Origin: Clostridia bacterium | Lineage (GTDB): Bacteria; Bacillota; Clostridia; UMGS1883 | Length of the DNA: 64,000 bases | Reading direction: 5' to 3' | NCBI GenBank assembly: GCA_051866635.1 | Contig: JBJDXJ010000046.1 | Coordinates: 16,168 to 80,167 of the forward strand | In this document: positions 11,301 to 19,661 of the stretch, in pieces | Layout: the number at the start of each line of letters is the position of its first letter | Position numbering within the stretch: the stretch's first letter is position 1 | Notes under the pieces: generated by a model | Databases searched by the model: none | What the model was told of the DNA's origin: nothing | Seen by the model: only the letters and a program-made list of their open reading frames with translations | Translations under genes and position numbers: made by a program

Positions 11301-12071
11301 CCCGGCACAAACTGTGAATACGATTCCGCACGTGCCTTTATCAATGCCGGTGCAGAAGTTGATGTGTGCGTTTTCCGTAACCTTACTATGAACTGCGTTA
11401 CCGAGTCACTTCGTGAATTTGCAAAGAGAATTGACCAAAGCCAGATAATTATGTTCCCCGGCGGTTTCTCAGGCGGTGACGAACCTGACGGAAGTGGCAA
11501 GTTCATTGCAACAGCTTTCAGAAATCAGCTTGTAAAAGAAGCTACAATGAACCTTCTTAAGAACCGTGACGGTCTTATTTTAGGTATCTGTAACGGTTTC
11601 CAGGCTATTATAAAATTGGGTCTTGTACCTTACGGTGAAATCAGGGATATGGACGACAATTCACCTACACTTACATTCAACAACATAGGCCGTCATGCTT
11701 CCTGTATGAGCTACACCAAGGTTGTAAGTACACTTTCACCCTGGTTCAGTGAATCAGAAGTAGGCGATATCCACGCTGTGCCCATTTCCCACGGTGAAGG
11801 CAGATTTGTGGCACCTGAAGCGGTTCTTAAAAAGATGATTGAACAAGGTCAGGTTGCAACAAGATATGTTGATTTAAACGGAAATCCCACACATGACATT
11901 CACTTTAACCCCAACGGCTCCTTTGATGCCATTGAAGGTATTACATCACCTGACGGTCGCGTTTTAGGTAAGATGGCACACAGTGAACGTATGGGCGATG
12001 CCGTTTCCAAGAACATCCCCTTCCAAAAAGACCAGAAGATTTTTGTATCAGGCGTTAACTACTTTAAATAA
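8352..12071 (+). CDS. purL: Phosphoribosylformylglycinamidine synthase, single-chain large form
   Basis: The 1239-aa protein has FGAM synthetase AIRS-like domains. The C-terminal glutamine amidotransferase domain carries the catalytic GICNGFQ motif. The RBS AGGAGGAAACAAAT precedes the ATG. Confidence 0.9.
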   Translation: MLRIFVEKKPGYDVEARGLLSDLRENLAMDNLKNVRIVNRYDIEGISDEEYRAAKPLVFSEPPVDFAYDEHLTVSDDETVIATEFLPGQYDQRADSAAVCIQILTQGVKPTVRVAKLVILKGDLTENDKEKVTKYYVNPVDSRVAKLEKPASLIEEAAVPDDVKTVTGFINADDDALSALAKEMGFAMDMGDLKFCQAYFRDEEKRDPSYTEMRVIDTYWSDHCRHTTFSTIIDNVEIEDGFTALKDSFDAYIASREKLYVNKKKNLCLMDMATIAVKDLKSRGMLKEIDESEEINACSIVVEADVDGKKEDWLLMFKNETHNHPTEIEPFGGAATCLGGAIRDPLSGRSYVYQAMRVTGASDPNVPVSETLPGKLPQKKLTRTAAAGYSSYGNQIGLATGQVNEVYHPGYVAKRMEIGAVIGATPKSNVVREVPKEGDVIILLGGKTGRDGCGGATGSSKAHTESSIETCGAEVQKGNPPEERKIQRLFRNSELTRMIKRCNDFGAGGVSVAIGELSDGLVINLDAVPKKYDGLDGTELAISESQERMAVVVSPENVEKFMAFASEENLESTCVATVTSDNRLTMNWRGKTIVSISRDFLNTNGAEKHADVKVVKPQGNLFEKKEVSDIKSEWLKTVSDLNVCSQKGLVERFDSSIGGATVLMPYGGKTQLTPVDGMAAKLPVMSGKTTTASLMAYGFNPILSSKSPYHGALYAVVESVAKIVALGGDHKTVYLTFQEYFERLRDDATRWGKPFSALLGAYTAQMKLGLGAIGGKDSMSGSFDELDVPPTLVSFAVTVEHTDNIISPEFKNPGNKLVLLPLTINSDGVCDFDKLHETYSLVHRAIVDKKVLSASVIKAGGVCEAVSKMSFGNMIGAHLECDNSLLFSLLPGAILVETTDASVFEGVSNIVIGETTKEETIVANGVEMSISEILSSWTKTLEKTFPTKAKEETTPIVDYAYTKRNIHVAKNKVAKPMVFIPVFPGTNCEYDSARAFINAGAEVDVCVFRNLTMNCVTESLREFAKRIDQSQIIMFPGGFSGGDEPDGSGKFIATAFRNQLVKEATMNLLKNRDGLILGICNGFQAIIKLGLVPYGEIRDMDDNSPTLTFNNIGRHASCMSYTKVVSTLSPWFSESEVGDIHAVPISHGEGRFVAPEAVLKKMIEQGQVATRYVDLNGNPTHDIHFNPNGSFDAIEGITSPDGRVLGKMAHSERMGDAVSKNIPFQKDQKIFVSGVNYFK

Positions 12072-12252
12072 TAGTCAATACAACTAATAATAACCACAAA
12101 ATTTTATCTTTTTTAGATAAAATATCTAAAAATAACATTGACTATTTTTAAAACATATACTATAATAACGTAAATAGACTTTTGTCTTGCCGAATGCACC
12201 TCATGTCTATGGGGTGCATTTTGCATTTCAAACAATTGAAAGGTAGTGTTAA

Positions 12253-13335
12253 ATGATGGAAAGAGTGTATAACTTTTCCGCAGGTCCTTCCCAGCTTCCT
12301 TTATCTGTATTGGAAGAAGCACAGAAGGATTTAGTAAATTACAAAGGTACAGGCATGTCCGTAATGGAAATGAGCCACCGTTCCAAGGATTATGAAGCAA
12401 TAATTTACGGAGCAGAAGAGCTTATCCGTTCTATTATGAATATTCCTGAAAGCTATGAAGTTCTGTTCCTTCAGGGCGGTGCTTCCACACAGTTTGCAAT
12501 GGTTCCCTTGAACCTGTTTAAGAACAAAAAGGCTGATTTTGTTATAACAGGTCAGTGGGCTAAAAAAGCCGCACAGGAAGCAGGCAAGTTTGGTGTTGCA
12601 AATGTTGTTGCATCCAGTGCCGATAAAACTTTCTCCTACATTCCCAAGCTTGACAAGTCCGCTTTCTCTCCCGATGCTGACTACTTCCACATTACACATA
12701 ACAACACAATTTACGGCACAAAGTGGAATACACTTCCCGAGGTTGGCGATATTCCCCTTGTTGCCGATATTTCTTCCGATATTATGAGCGAAGAATTGGA
12801 CGTTACAAAGTTCGGTGTTCTCTATGCAGGTGCACAGAAGAATGTGGGTCCCGCAGGCTTGACAATTGCAATTGTACGTAAGGACCTTATCGGTAACGAG
12901 CTTGATATTTGTCCGACAATGCTTTCTTACAAAACTCATGCTGATGCAAGAAGCATGTACAACACACCTCCCTGCTTCTCTATTTACATTTCAAAGCTTG
13001 TTTTTGAATGGGTTCAGAGCATGGGCGGTATAAAAGAGCTTGAAAAGGTAAACCGTGCTAAGGCGGCTGTTTTATACGACTTTTTGGATTCTTCTTCCCT
13101 CTTTAAGGGCACAGTTGTAAAGGAAGACCGTTCCATTATGAACGTTCCCTTTGTTACAGGCAACGAAGAGCTTGACAAGAAGTTTGTAGCAGAAGCCAAA
13201 GAAGCAGGCTTTGTTAACCTTAAGGGTCACAGAACAGTAGGCGGTATGCGTGCAAGTATTTACAACGCTATGCCTATGGAAGGTGTAAAGGCTCTTGTAG
13301 ACTTTATGGCAAAATTTGAACAGAACAATAAGTAA
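12253..13335 (+). CDS. serC: 3-phosphoserine/phosphohydroxythreonine aminotransferase
   Basis: The N-terminus is MERVYNFSAGPSQLP. The protein has class V aminotransferase features. It lies next to serA. Confidence 0.9.
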   Translation: MMERVYNFSAGPSQLPLSVLEEAQKDLVNYKGTGMSVMEMSHRSKDYEAIIYGAEELIRSIMNIPESYEVLFLQGGASTQFAMVPLNLFKNKKADFVITGQWAKKAAQEAGKFGVANVVASSADKTFSYIPKLDKSAFSPDADYFHITHNNTIYGTKWNTLPEVGDIPLVADISSDIMSEELDVTKFGVLYAGAQKNVGPAGLTIAIVRKDLIGNELDICPTMLSYKTHADARSMYNTPPCFSIYISKLVFEWVQSMGGIKELEKVNRAKAAVLYDFLDSSSLFKGTVVKEDRSIMNVPFVTGNEELDKKFVAEAKEAGFVNLKGHRTVGGMRASIYNAMPMEGVKALVDFMAKFEQNNK

Positions 13336-13349
13336 AAGAGGTTTTGGTA

Positions 13350-14507
13350 ATGTATAACATTTTAACTCTTAATAAGATTTCTCCTGTAGGTATTGCAAAC
13401 TTTACAGATAACTACAAAGTGTCAGACAACATGGAAAATCCCGAAGGCATCCTTTTAAGGAGCTTTAAAATGCACGATATGGAATTGCCCGCATCTCTTC
13501 TGGCAGTTGCACGTTGCGGTGCCGGTGTTAATAATATTCCCATTGACAAGTGCAGTGAAAAGGGTATTGTTGTTTTTAACACTCCCGGTGCTAACGCAAA
13601 TGCTGTTAAGGAGCTTGTAATTGCATCGTTGTTCCTTTCCTCCCGTGATATTGTGGGCGGTTACAACTGGGCACAGACTTTAACAGAAAATGTTGCGGCG
13701 GCAGTTGAAAAGGGCAAGGGTCAGTTTGTAGGTCCCGAGCTTACAGGCAAAACATTAGGCGTTATAGGTCTTGGTGCAATCGGTGTATTGGTTGCAAACA
13801 CAGCTACTGATTTAGGCATGAAGGTTTACGGCTATGACCCCTTCCTTTCTGTCACAGGTGCCATGAGCCTTAAAACAACTGTTAAATATACTCAGTCTCT
13901 TGACGATATTTATGCAAATTGCGACTATATTACAGTTCATGTACCGCTTAACGATTCAACACGCGGCATGATTAATGCACAGGCACTTGCAAAGTGCAAA
14001 GAGGGCGTAAGGATATTGAACCTTTCTCGTGCGGACCTTGTTGACTCTGCCGCGATTAAAGAAGCTCTTTTGTCAGGTAAGGTTAAAAAATATCTTACAG
14101 ACTTCCCCACAGAAGAAACTGTAGGCGTTGAAAATATTATTACACTTCCCCACTTAGGTGCTTCCACTCCTGAAGCAGAAGATAACTGTGCTGTAATGGC
14201 TACAATTCAGCTTATGGACTATATTGAAAACGGTAACATAAAGAACTCTGTTAACTTCCCCAACTGTCAACTTCCCGACAACGGAAAGGACAGAATTTGC
14301 GTACTTAACAAAAATGTTCCTGCCGCCATTGCCACCATCACAGGTGTCATTGCTGAAAAGGGCATTAATATTGACCATATGGTTAATGCAAATAAGGGCG
14401 ACAACGCTTATACACTTATCACCATTGACGGTACTGCCGATGATAGTATAAAGGATGCTATCAGTGCAATTGACGGTGTAATCAGCGTAAGAATTATTAA
14501 TAAGTAA
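13350..14507 (+). CDS. serA: D-3-phosphoglycerate dehydrogenase (short form with C-terminal ACT domain)
   Basis: It carries the 2-hydroxyacid dehydrogenase NAD-binding motif GVIGLGAIG. The C-terminal ACT-like domain reads TLITIDGTADD...VISVRII. The ATG at 13350 is preferred, with RBS AAAGAGG. The tool used a TTG at 13344. Confidence 0.85.
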   Translation: MYNILTLNKISPVGIANFTDNYKVSDNMENPEGILLRSFKMHDMELPASLLAVARCGAGVNNIPIDKCSEKGIVVFNTPGANANAVKELVIASLFLSSRDIVGGYNWAQTLTENVAAAVEKGKGQFVGPELTGKTLGVIGLGAIGVLVANTATDLGMKVYGYDPFLSVTGAMSLKTTVKYTQSLDDIYANCDYITVHVPLNDSTRGMINAQALAKCKEGVRILNLSRADLVDSAAIKEALLSGKVKKYLTDFPTEETVGVENIITLPHLGASTPEAEDNCAVMATIQLMDYIENGNIKNSVNFPNCQLPDNGKDRICVLNKNVPAAIATITGVIAEKGINIDHMVNANKGDNAYTLITIDGTADDSIKDAISAIDGVISVRIINK

Positions 14508-14517
14508 ATATTTTTTA

Positions 14518-14556
14518 GCGGATTTGTTAATTTTTTGTTGACAAATCCGCTTTTTA
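14518..14556 (+). terminator. Rho-independent terminator of serA
   Basis: The sequence GCGGATTTGTTAA-ttttttg-TTGACAAATCCGC is followed by TTTTT. Confidence 0.7.
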
Positions 14557-14566
14557 ATGTCATAAT
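14539..14566 (+). promoter_or_regulatory. Candidate sigma-A promoter of the riboswitch leader
   Basis: A TTGACA -35 sits inside the terminator arm. A 17-nt spacer leads to an extended -10, TGtCATAAT. Confidence 0.4.
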
Positions 14567-14574
14567 AGAGGGGA

Positions 14575-14760
14575 CATTTTAATAAAGGCTAAGTGATGTG
14601 CACAGGAAATGGCATATGCCCCCGAAGGAGTAACACTCTCAGGTGCCGCAAGGTGAGGACTGTGTGCTGATAGCAATCCGGAGAAGCTCGTTTTTACACG
14701 GGTGCCGAAGGTGCAAAATGCAGAAATGCTTAATCTCTCAGGCAAAAGGACGGAATTTTA
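14575..14760 (+). ncRNA. Tandem glycine riboswitch (two aptamers)
   Basis: Aptamer 2 contains tCCGGAGAAG, GTGCCGAAGGTGCAAA and CTCTCAGGCAAAAGGACGG. These match the glycine-riboswitch consensus blocks CUCUGGAGAG, ACCGAAGGGGCAA and CUCUCAGGCAAAAGGACAG. Aptamer 1 contains GCCCCCGAAGGAGTAA and CTCTCAGG...AGGAC. The element lies upstream of an alanine/glycine symporter gene, which is the classic context. Confidence 0.6.
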
Positions 14761-14795
14761 CTCATTTATAATGGGTTTATTTTGTTTTATTGTTT

Positions 14796-14832
14796 TGAGA
14801 GCTAAGCTTATCGCTTGGCTCTTATTTTGTTC
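14796..14832 (+). terminator. Leader attenuator hairpin (expression platform) of the riboswitch
   Basis: The hairpin GAGAGCtaagcttatcgcttgGCTCTT is followed by a U-rich tract, ATTTTGTTCTATTTT. It sits just upstream of the symporter RBS AAAGGGG. Confidence 0.4.
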
Positions 14833-14860
14833 TATTTTATTTGTAAAGGGGTTTAGTAAA

Positions 14861-16402
14861 ATGAATGTACTTAATACTATCGCACAGTATAACGATGTAA
14901 TTAACACATTCGTGTGGACTACTTTAGGTCTTGTGCTTTTAATCTGTACAGGTATTCTCACTACTGTAGTCACAAAGTTCTTCCAGGTTACACACATTAA
15001 TCTTTGGTGGAAGCACACAATCGGCAGTCTTTTCCATAAAGACGTTATCGGTCATTCCAATGATAAAAAGTCCATCTCTCCTTTCCAGGCACTTTGTACA
15101 GCTCTTGCCGCTACAATAGGTGTTGGTAACATTGCCGGTGTTGCGGCGGCTATCGTTATCGGTGGTCCCGGTGCCGTTTTCTGGATGTGGGTTGCGGCAT
15201 TTTTCGGTATGATGACAAACTATTCCGAAAACGTTTTAGGTATTTACTACCGTCGCAGAAATAAAGAGGGCGAATGGTCCGGCGGTGCAATGTACTACCT
15301 CCGTGATGGTCTCGGTGCAAAGAAGGGTTGCAAAACAATCGGTAAGGTGTTAGCAGTTCTCTTCTCCATCTTTACACTCTTTGCTTCCTTCGGTATAGGT
15401 GCAATGGGTCAGATTAACAAAATCGTTGTAAATATCGAATCTGCGTTTAAGATTAATGCACTTTCCAATATTGAGCTTTATGAAGGCGTAACAGCATATT
15501 CCGTAATTTTAGGTGCAGTTCTTGTTATTATTGCCGCACTTATCACTCTTGGTGGTCTTAAGAGAATTGCCGCCTTCGCAGAAAAAGTTGTTCCCTTCAT
15601 GGTTGTGCTTTTCGTTACAGGCAGTATTTTATTAATCGGTATTAACTATGCCTCCATTATTCCTGCATTTAAGGCAATCTTCACAACAGCTTTGGGTATT
15701 GATGCAGTTGCCGGCGGTACTGTAGGTGTTGTAGTTTCCAAGGTTGTTCAGCAGGGCTTCAAGCGTGGCGTATTCAGTAACGAAGCAGGTTTAGGTTCCT
15801 CCGTTATGGTACACTCCAACTCCAACATTAAAGAACCTGTTAAGCAGGGTATGTGGGGTATATTCGAAGTATTTGCCGACACAATGGTAGTTTGTACAAT
15901 GACAGCTCTCGTTGTTCTTACATCAGGTCTTTACAGCCTTGATACATTTACTCTTGCTGAAGGCGTTACAGATGCTACACTTGTTGCACAGGCGTTCAAC
16001 TCTGTATTCAGCTACGCCGGTATCGGTGCTAAGTTTATTGCAATTGCAATTGCACTCTTTGCCTTCACAACAGTTCTCGGTTGGGACCACTATGGTTCTA
16101 AGGCTTGGGAATATCTTTTCGGTACAAAGTCCGTTCCCGTTTATAAGGTTATCCACCTTGTAACTATTATGTTCGGTGCTCTCCTTACATCCTCCCTTGC
16201 TTGGGATATATCCGATACATTCAACGGTTTGATGATGATTCCCAACCTTATCGGTGTAATTGTTCTTTCAGGCACTGTTTATAAGATTACAAAGAACTAT
16301 ATCGACAGAGAAGTTAAGCATAAGGATGTAAAGCCTATGCTCTCCGCCTTTGAAGATGTTCAGTCCCAGCAGGAAAAAGAATTAGAAAAAACTTCAAAGT
16401 AA
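14861..16402 (+). CDS. Alanine/glycine:cation symporter (AGCS family)
   Basis: A polytopic membrane protein. The N-terminus MNVLNTIAQYNDVINTFVWTT is typical of AGCS. The segment SPFQALCTALAATIGVGNIAGVA is the AGCS signature. The tool's start at 14702 lies inside the riboswitch, so the ATG at 14861 is used. Confidence 0.85.
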   Translation: MNVLNTIAQYNDVINTFVWTTLGLVLLICTGILTTVVTKFFQVTHINLWWKHTIGSLFHKDVIGHSNDKKSISPFQALCTALAATIGVGNIAGVAAAIVIGGPGAVFWMWVAAFFGMMTNYSENVLGIYYRRRNKEGEWSGGAMYYLRDGLGAKKGCKTIGKVLAVLFSIFTLFASFGIGAMGQINKIVVNIESAFKINALSNIELYEGVTAYSVILGAVLVIIAALITLGGLKRIAAFAEKVVPFMVVLFVTGSILLIGINYASIIPAFKAIFTTALGIDAVAGGTVGVVVSKVVQQGFKRGVFSNEAGLGSSVMVHSNSNIKEPVKQGMWGIFEVFADTMVVCTMTALVVLTSGLYSLDTFTLAEGVTDATLVAQAFNSVFSYAGIGAKFIAIAIALFAFTTVLGWDHYGSKAWEYLFGTKSVPVYKVIHLVTIMFGALLTSSLAWDISDTFNGLMMIPNLIGVIVLSGTVYKITKNYIDREVKHKDVKPMLSAFEDVQSQQEKELEKTSK

Positions 16403-16417
16403 TTTAATACAAAAAGA

Positions 16418-16453
16418 AACGCTCTAAAATTCTGAATTTTAGGGCGTTTTTTT
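16418..16453. terminator. Bidirectional terminator
   Basis: AAACGCTCTAAAATTC / GAATTTTAGGGCGTT forms a 15-bp stem with one G-U wobble. T7 follows. Confidence 0.7.
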
Positions 16454-16768
16454 GTATTGAATAGAATTTTCCAAATAAGCCAGATTAGAAATATTGTCCA
16501 TCAAAACAAAGTTCTCTTTGCCTACCGAATACTGAGAATTTATATAGTCGTACAAAGGTCTGTATTCAAGCAGATGGTCAAACTCCGGCAAGTTAAAATT
16601 GATTTGAATAATATTGTGATCGGGTACATTTTGTTCAACATAATTTCTATATGCTTCCAGTAGCTTCGATTTTCCACTACGGCGAACACCGGTAATGACC
16701 TTGATATCCGGAGTACCGATTACACTGATTAGTTTGTCTAAATACTGATTTCGAGTAATAAGTTTCAT
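16439..16768 (-). pseudogene. N-terminal fragment (109 codons) of a COG1373/DUF4143-type AAA+ ATPase
   Basis: The N-terminus shows the family's start, KLITRNQYLDKL...IKVITGVRRSGKSKLL, including a P-loop. Intact members are about 400 aa. The stop codon falls inside the 16418-16453 terminator stem. Confidence 0.55.
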
Positions 16769-16789
16769 TATTCTTCACCTCTCTGTACA

Positions 16790-16818
16790 GTATTATATCA
16801 CAAATACTTTCCATTTTC
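16790..16818 (-). promoter_or_regulatory. Near-consensus sigma-A promoter driving the ATPase fragment
   Basis: On the minus strand: TTGAAA, then a 17-nt spacer, then an extended -10 TGtGATATAAT. The RBS AGAGAGGTGAAGA follows, before the ATG at 16768. Confidence 0.45.
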
Positions 16819-16861
16819 AATGAATTCTCAAAAATGGTAAATAGAATTTTTAAATATTACG

Positions 16862-18385
16862 TTAATTCCGCAAATCTTTTCTTTCGTATAAGAAATATGT
16901 TCTGTCCTTTCCTTCAAAATAGAAGGATTCCTGTGCTACCACTTCGTACCCACATCCTATTACAAAATCATCTTGCTTGTCCTGACGCTTAACAACAAAG
17001 TCAACCTTTTTATCACGTATCAGGCTCTTCTGTTCATCATCCATACCGGGAACAAGAAGATTTGAACGGTAGAAGTATTTATTTATAGGTTTTATATCTG
17101 CCGCAAAATAAAAACCGCCATCTAAGAACTGATAATTCAAAAGGGTGGGATTTTCCACCGAGTTTATTATTTTCGCAAATTTATACTGGGGCATATCCTC
17201 TTTTTTGTAGTCCATAAGATACACATTACTGCTTAAATTAAAGCACATAACAAAACAGACAACCACACTTATAACAGGTAATATACACATGGAATAATCT
17301 TCTTTTTGCTTTTCTTCTTTCTCTTGCACATAAAAAAGGTTCAAACACTCATCTGTCAAGCCAATGCTTAAAAATGCGAATACAGCTATTATCATAGCAT
17401 AATATGAAAGGTAGCCCCCAAAATATATACCAAAGACTGCAGTTGTAAACGATGCTAAAATAAGAGAGGCTTCCTTTGCCTTGCCCTTAAAAAGGTACAC
17501 AGCAACGGCCACATAAATGGGAATAACAAGGGCATTGTTGTAATATGTCATGTTCAAAACCCTTGTGTGTACATTTTTGAGTTTCTCGCCTAATGATGCT
17601 TCATCACCGTAAAGGAAAATATTGTCGTAAAAGTAAACTTCCCACAAGTCTTTTAAGGCACCGTTCACCATGAAGTACACAAAAACAGGCAAACTGACAA
17701 TAAGAAAACCTGCAATATTCCAAAGTATATCAAAAACACACTGTTCTTTTTCTTTCTTATAAAGCCTGTAAATGATACAAGTCAGATACGCACCAATATA
17801 AAAGCCAACCATTGTGAACTTCATCCAGAAAACCACACCAACGCATGCACCTGCAATTATATGTCCGGTCTTTGAAAGTTTCTCATCCTTCATTATGCGA
17901 AGAAAATAATAAAGGCTGTAGCTTAAGGGCAATAGTGCCAATTCCTCACAGCTTCCGCCATGTGTAAATGCTTTTGTCGTTAAAATAATAAGTGCTTGCA
18001 CTGGCATCAATGTGTAAATGACCCACTTGTTTTTTATAAAAAGCTTTGCACTTTGCATGGAGAAAAACAACAGCCCTGAAATGCTTATTATTTCAAAAAG
18101 CCATACCCCAATAAATGAAGTGGAGGATATAAACGATGAAAGCATAAATATAAAATATAACCAAGGTCCCTTGTGGTCAAATATATCCTTGTATAAAACT
18201 GCACCATCGCCCATTGATTTGCCTACCGTAAAAATACAGTCCGTGTCCACCCAGTCATTCATGGGGTACAATGGTGAGCTTTTAGAGCATACAAGTAAAA
18301 ATAAAATTGCCACAACTAAGGAAAAGCCTGCTTCTAATAATGTTATCTTTTTATTTTTGCACATTTTTTCCACCTCTGAACACAA
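16862..18385 (-). CDS. GT-C fold polytopic membrane glycosyltransferase (GtrC/YfhO/GT39-like)
   Basis: A 507-aa protein with about 11 TM helices. The first extracytoplasmic loop carries the acidic motif PLYPMNDWVDTD. The C-terminus is a soluble domain. The gene overlaps the upstream gtrA by 35 nt. Confidence 0.6.
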   Translation of the reverse strand: MCSEVEKMCKNKKITLLEAGFSLVVAILFLLVCSKSSPLYPMNDWVDTDCIFTVGKSMGDGAVLYKDIFDHKGPWLYFIFMLSSFISSTSFIGVWLFEIISISGLLFFSMQSAKLFIKNKWVIYTLMPVQALIILTTKAFTHGGSCEELALLPLSYSLYYFLRIMKDEKLSKTGHIIAGACVGVVFWMKFTMVGFYIGAYLTCIIYRLYKKEKEQCVFDILWNIAGFLIVSLPVFVYFMVNGALKDLWEVYFYDNIFLYGDEASLGEKLKNVHTRVLNMTYYNNALVIPIYVAVAVYLFKGKAKEASLILASFTTAVFGIYFGGYLSYYAMIIAVFAFLSIGLTDECLNLFYVQEKEEKQKEDYSMCILPVISVVVCFVMCFNLSSNVYLMDYKKEDMPQYKFAKIINSVENPTLLNYQFLDGGFYFAADIKPINKYFYRSNLLVPGMDDEQKSLIRDKKVDFVVKRQDKQDDFVIGCGYEVVAQESFYFEGKDRTYFLYERKDLRN

Positions 18386-18800
18386 TAAACTTGCTTAAAA
18401 CATAATTTATTATAATTACAATCACATTTGTAAAAAGTTTCATATAAGTTCCGTTGAAATGAAAAATGTCCACCAAAAGCCACATCATCCCCACTTCTAT
18501 GACGCCTGTGCCTATTCTGCACAGAAAAAAGTTTACCGCTTCGCCTAAAGCTTCTTTATTTTTCTTTTTGCTTTCAAACACAAACAGCTTATTTGTTACA
18601 AAAGCAAAGGTAACTGCAATAACCCATGCAATGACTGTGCTTACAACATTAATTATATGTAATTTGTCATATGCAATGTGGTAGGAAATAACGTTTATAA
18701 CAGTTGTCATTACTCCGAAAACCAAATATAAAATTATACCTTTATACCTTTTCAGTAACTCTTTAATCATTTTTTGTCTGCTCCCATTAAATATCGTCAA
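18351..18800 (-). CDS. gtrA: GtrA family flippase-like protein
   Basis: A 149-aa protein with four TM helices. The GtrA-like pattern is YLVFGVMTTVINVISYHIAY...KFIVFRG. Confidence 0.75.
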   Translation of the reverse strand: MTIFNGSRQKMIKELLKRYKGIILYLVFGVMTTVINVISYHIAYDKLHIINVVSTVIAWVIAVTFAFVTNKLFVFESKKKNKEALGEAVNFFLCRIGTGVIEVGMMWLLVDIFHFNGTYMKLFTNVIVIIINYVLSKFIVFRGGKNVQK

Positions 18801-19506
18801 GTGTTTTATTTATCTTAATAAAATCCACCACAGCTTTTTCCCCGATTTTGAAGATTTTGGGCAGATTAATGGAATTTACCCCACCTTGCCTGGGGCGGAA
18901 TGTTATGGGGATAAACTTAACCTTAAGCTTCTTTTTTACATATATAACAGACAAAATCACATTTGACAGATTAAATCCCTCAGGTATATATTTTATGTAT
19001 TTGCCAAGGGTATCTGCCTTCATCAATCTAAAAGGAGTGTTTGCATCCGTAACTGTTACACCAAAACATATTTTTAAAACTGCCTTTAACACAAAGGTAA
19101 CCATTTTTCGTGACAAACCGTCCTCACGCTTATTACGGTTACCTATGACCAAATCATAATCATACCTTAAATCCCAGAACTTATGAAATTCAGAAGATAA
19201 AGTCTGCCCATCGGAATCTGTCTGGAAAATAAAATCTGCCCCATTTTCAAGGGCGTAATTATATCCGTACAAAAGGGTTGCACCATGCCCTCCGTTTTCC
19301 TTTGTAAGCGGCAAAAAAAGAGGCTTGTCCTTCCCGTATTCGCACATTATCTCATAAGTATCGTCACGACTGCCATCGTTTATTATAACAAGCCTTGATT
19401 GCCCGCCACAGTTGTATTTTTCCACAATGGGGTACCAGTCAGCAATAACCGATTTTATATTTTCCCTTTCGTTATATGCCGGAATAATTATGTATAATTT
19501 ATCCAT
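18787..19506 (-). CDS. GT2 family polyprenol-phosphate sugar synthase (GtrB/CsbB-like)
   Basis: The N-terminus is IIIPAYNERENI. A DGSRDDT (DxD-like) motif and a QTDSDGQ motif are present. It overlaps gtrA by 14 nt. Confidence 0.8.
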   Translation of the reverse strand: MDKLYIIIPAYNERENIKSVIADWYPIVEKYNCGGQSRLVIINDGSRDDTYEIMCEYGKDKPLFLPLTKENGGHGATLLYGYNYALENGADFIFQTDSDGQTLSSEFHKFWDLRYDYDLVIGNRNKREDGLSRKMVTFVLKAVLKICFGVTVTDANTPFRLMKADTLGKYIKYIPEGFNLSNVILSVIYVKKKLKVKFIPITFRPRQGGVNSINLPKIFKIGEKAVVDFIKINKTLDDI

Positions 19507-19595
19507 GTTAACACCTTCTTTTACTCATGGACTATATTCTACCATATAATATACGTAAGTGCAAATGTTTTTATAGAATTTATACTATATTATGC

Positions 19596-19624
19596 TTGAC
19601 AACTTTTTCTGCATATGATAGTAT
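19596..19624 (+). promoter_or_regulatory. Candidate promoter of the DUF975 gene
   Basis: TTGACA, then a 17-nt spacer, then an extended -10 TGaTAGTAT. Confidence 0.4.
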
Positions 19625-19661
19625 AAAATTACAAAATATTACAAATTCAGGAGGGTATTTT

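Noticed and set aside
12090-12250. Possible T-box or riboswitch leader ahead of serC
   Set aside because: Only short AT-rich hairpins are present: TTTTATCT-ttttt-AGATAAAA and ATGCACC-n11-GGTGCAT. No specifier, T-box or other conserved aptamer motifs were recognised. These are most likely a weak terminator and a promoter region.
14702-14860. Tool's start at 14702 for the symporter, and the long 5' extensions of the tool ORFs at 1741, 13344, 34444-35556, 37374-37751, 43026, 43516, 44141, 54296 and 38959-40497
   Set aside because: The extensions read through riboswitch, promoter or neighbouring-gene sequence, or use TTG/GTG with no RBS. Internal ATG or GTG codons with proper Shine-Dalgarno spacing and homology-consistent N-termini were chosen instead.
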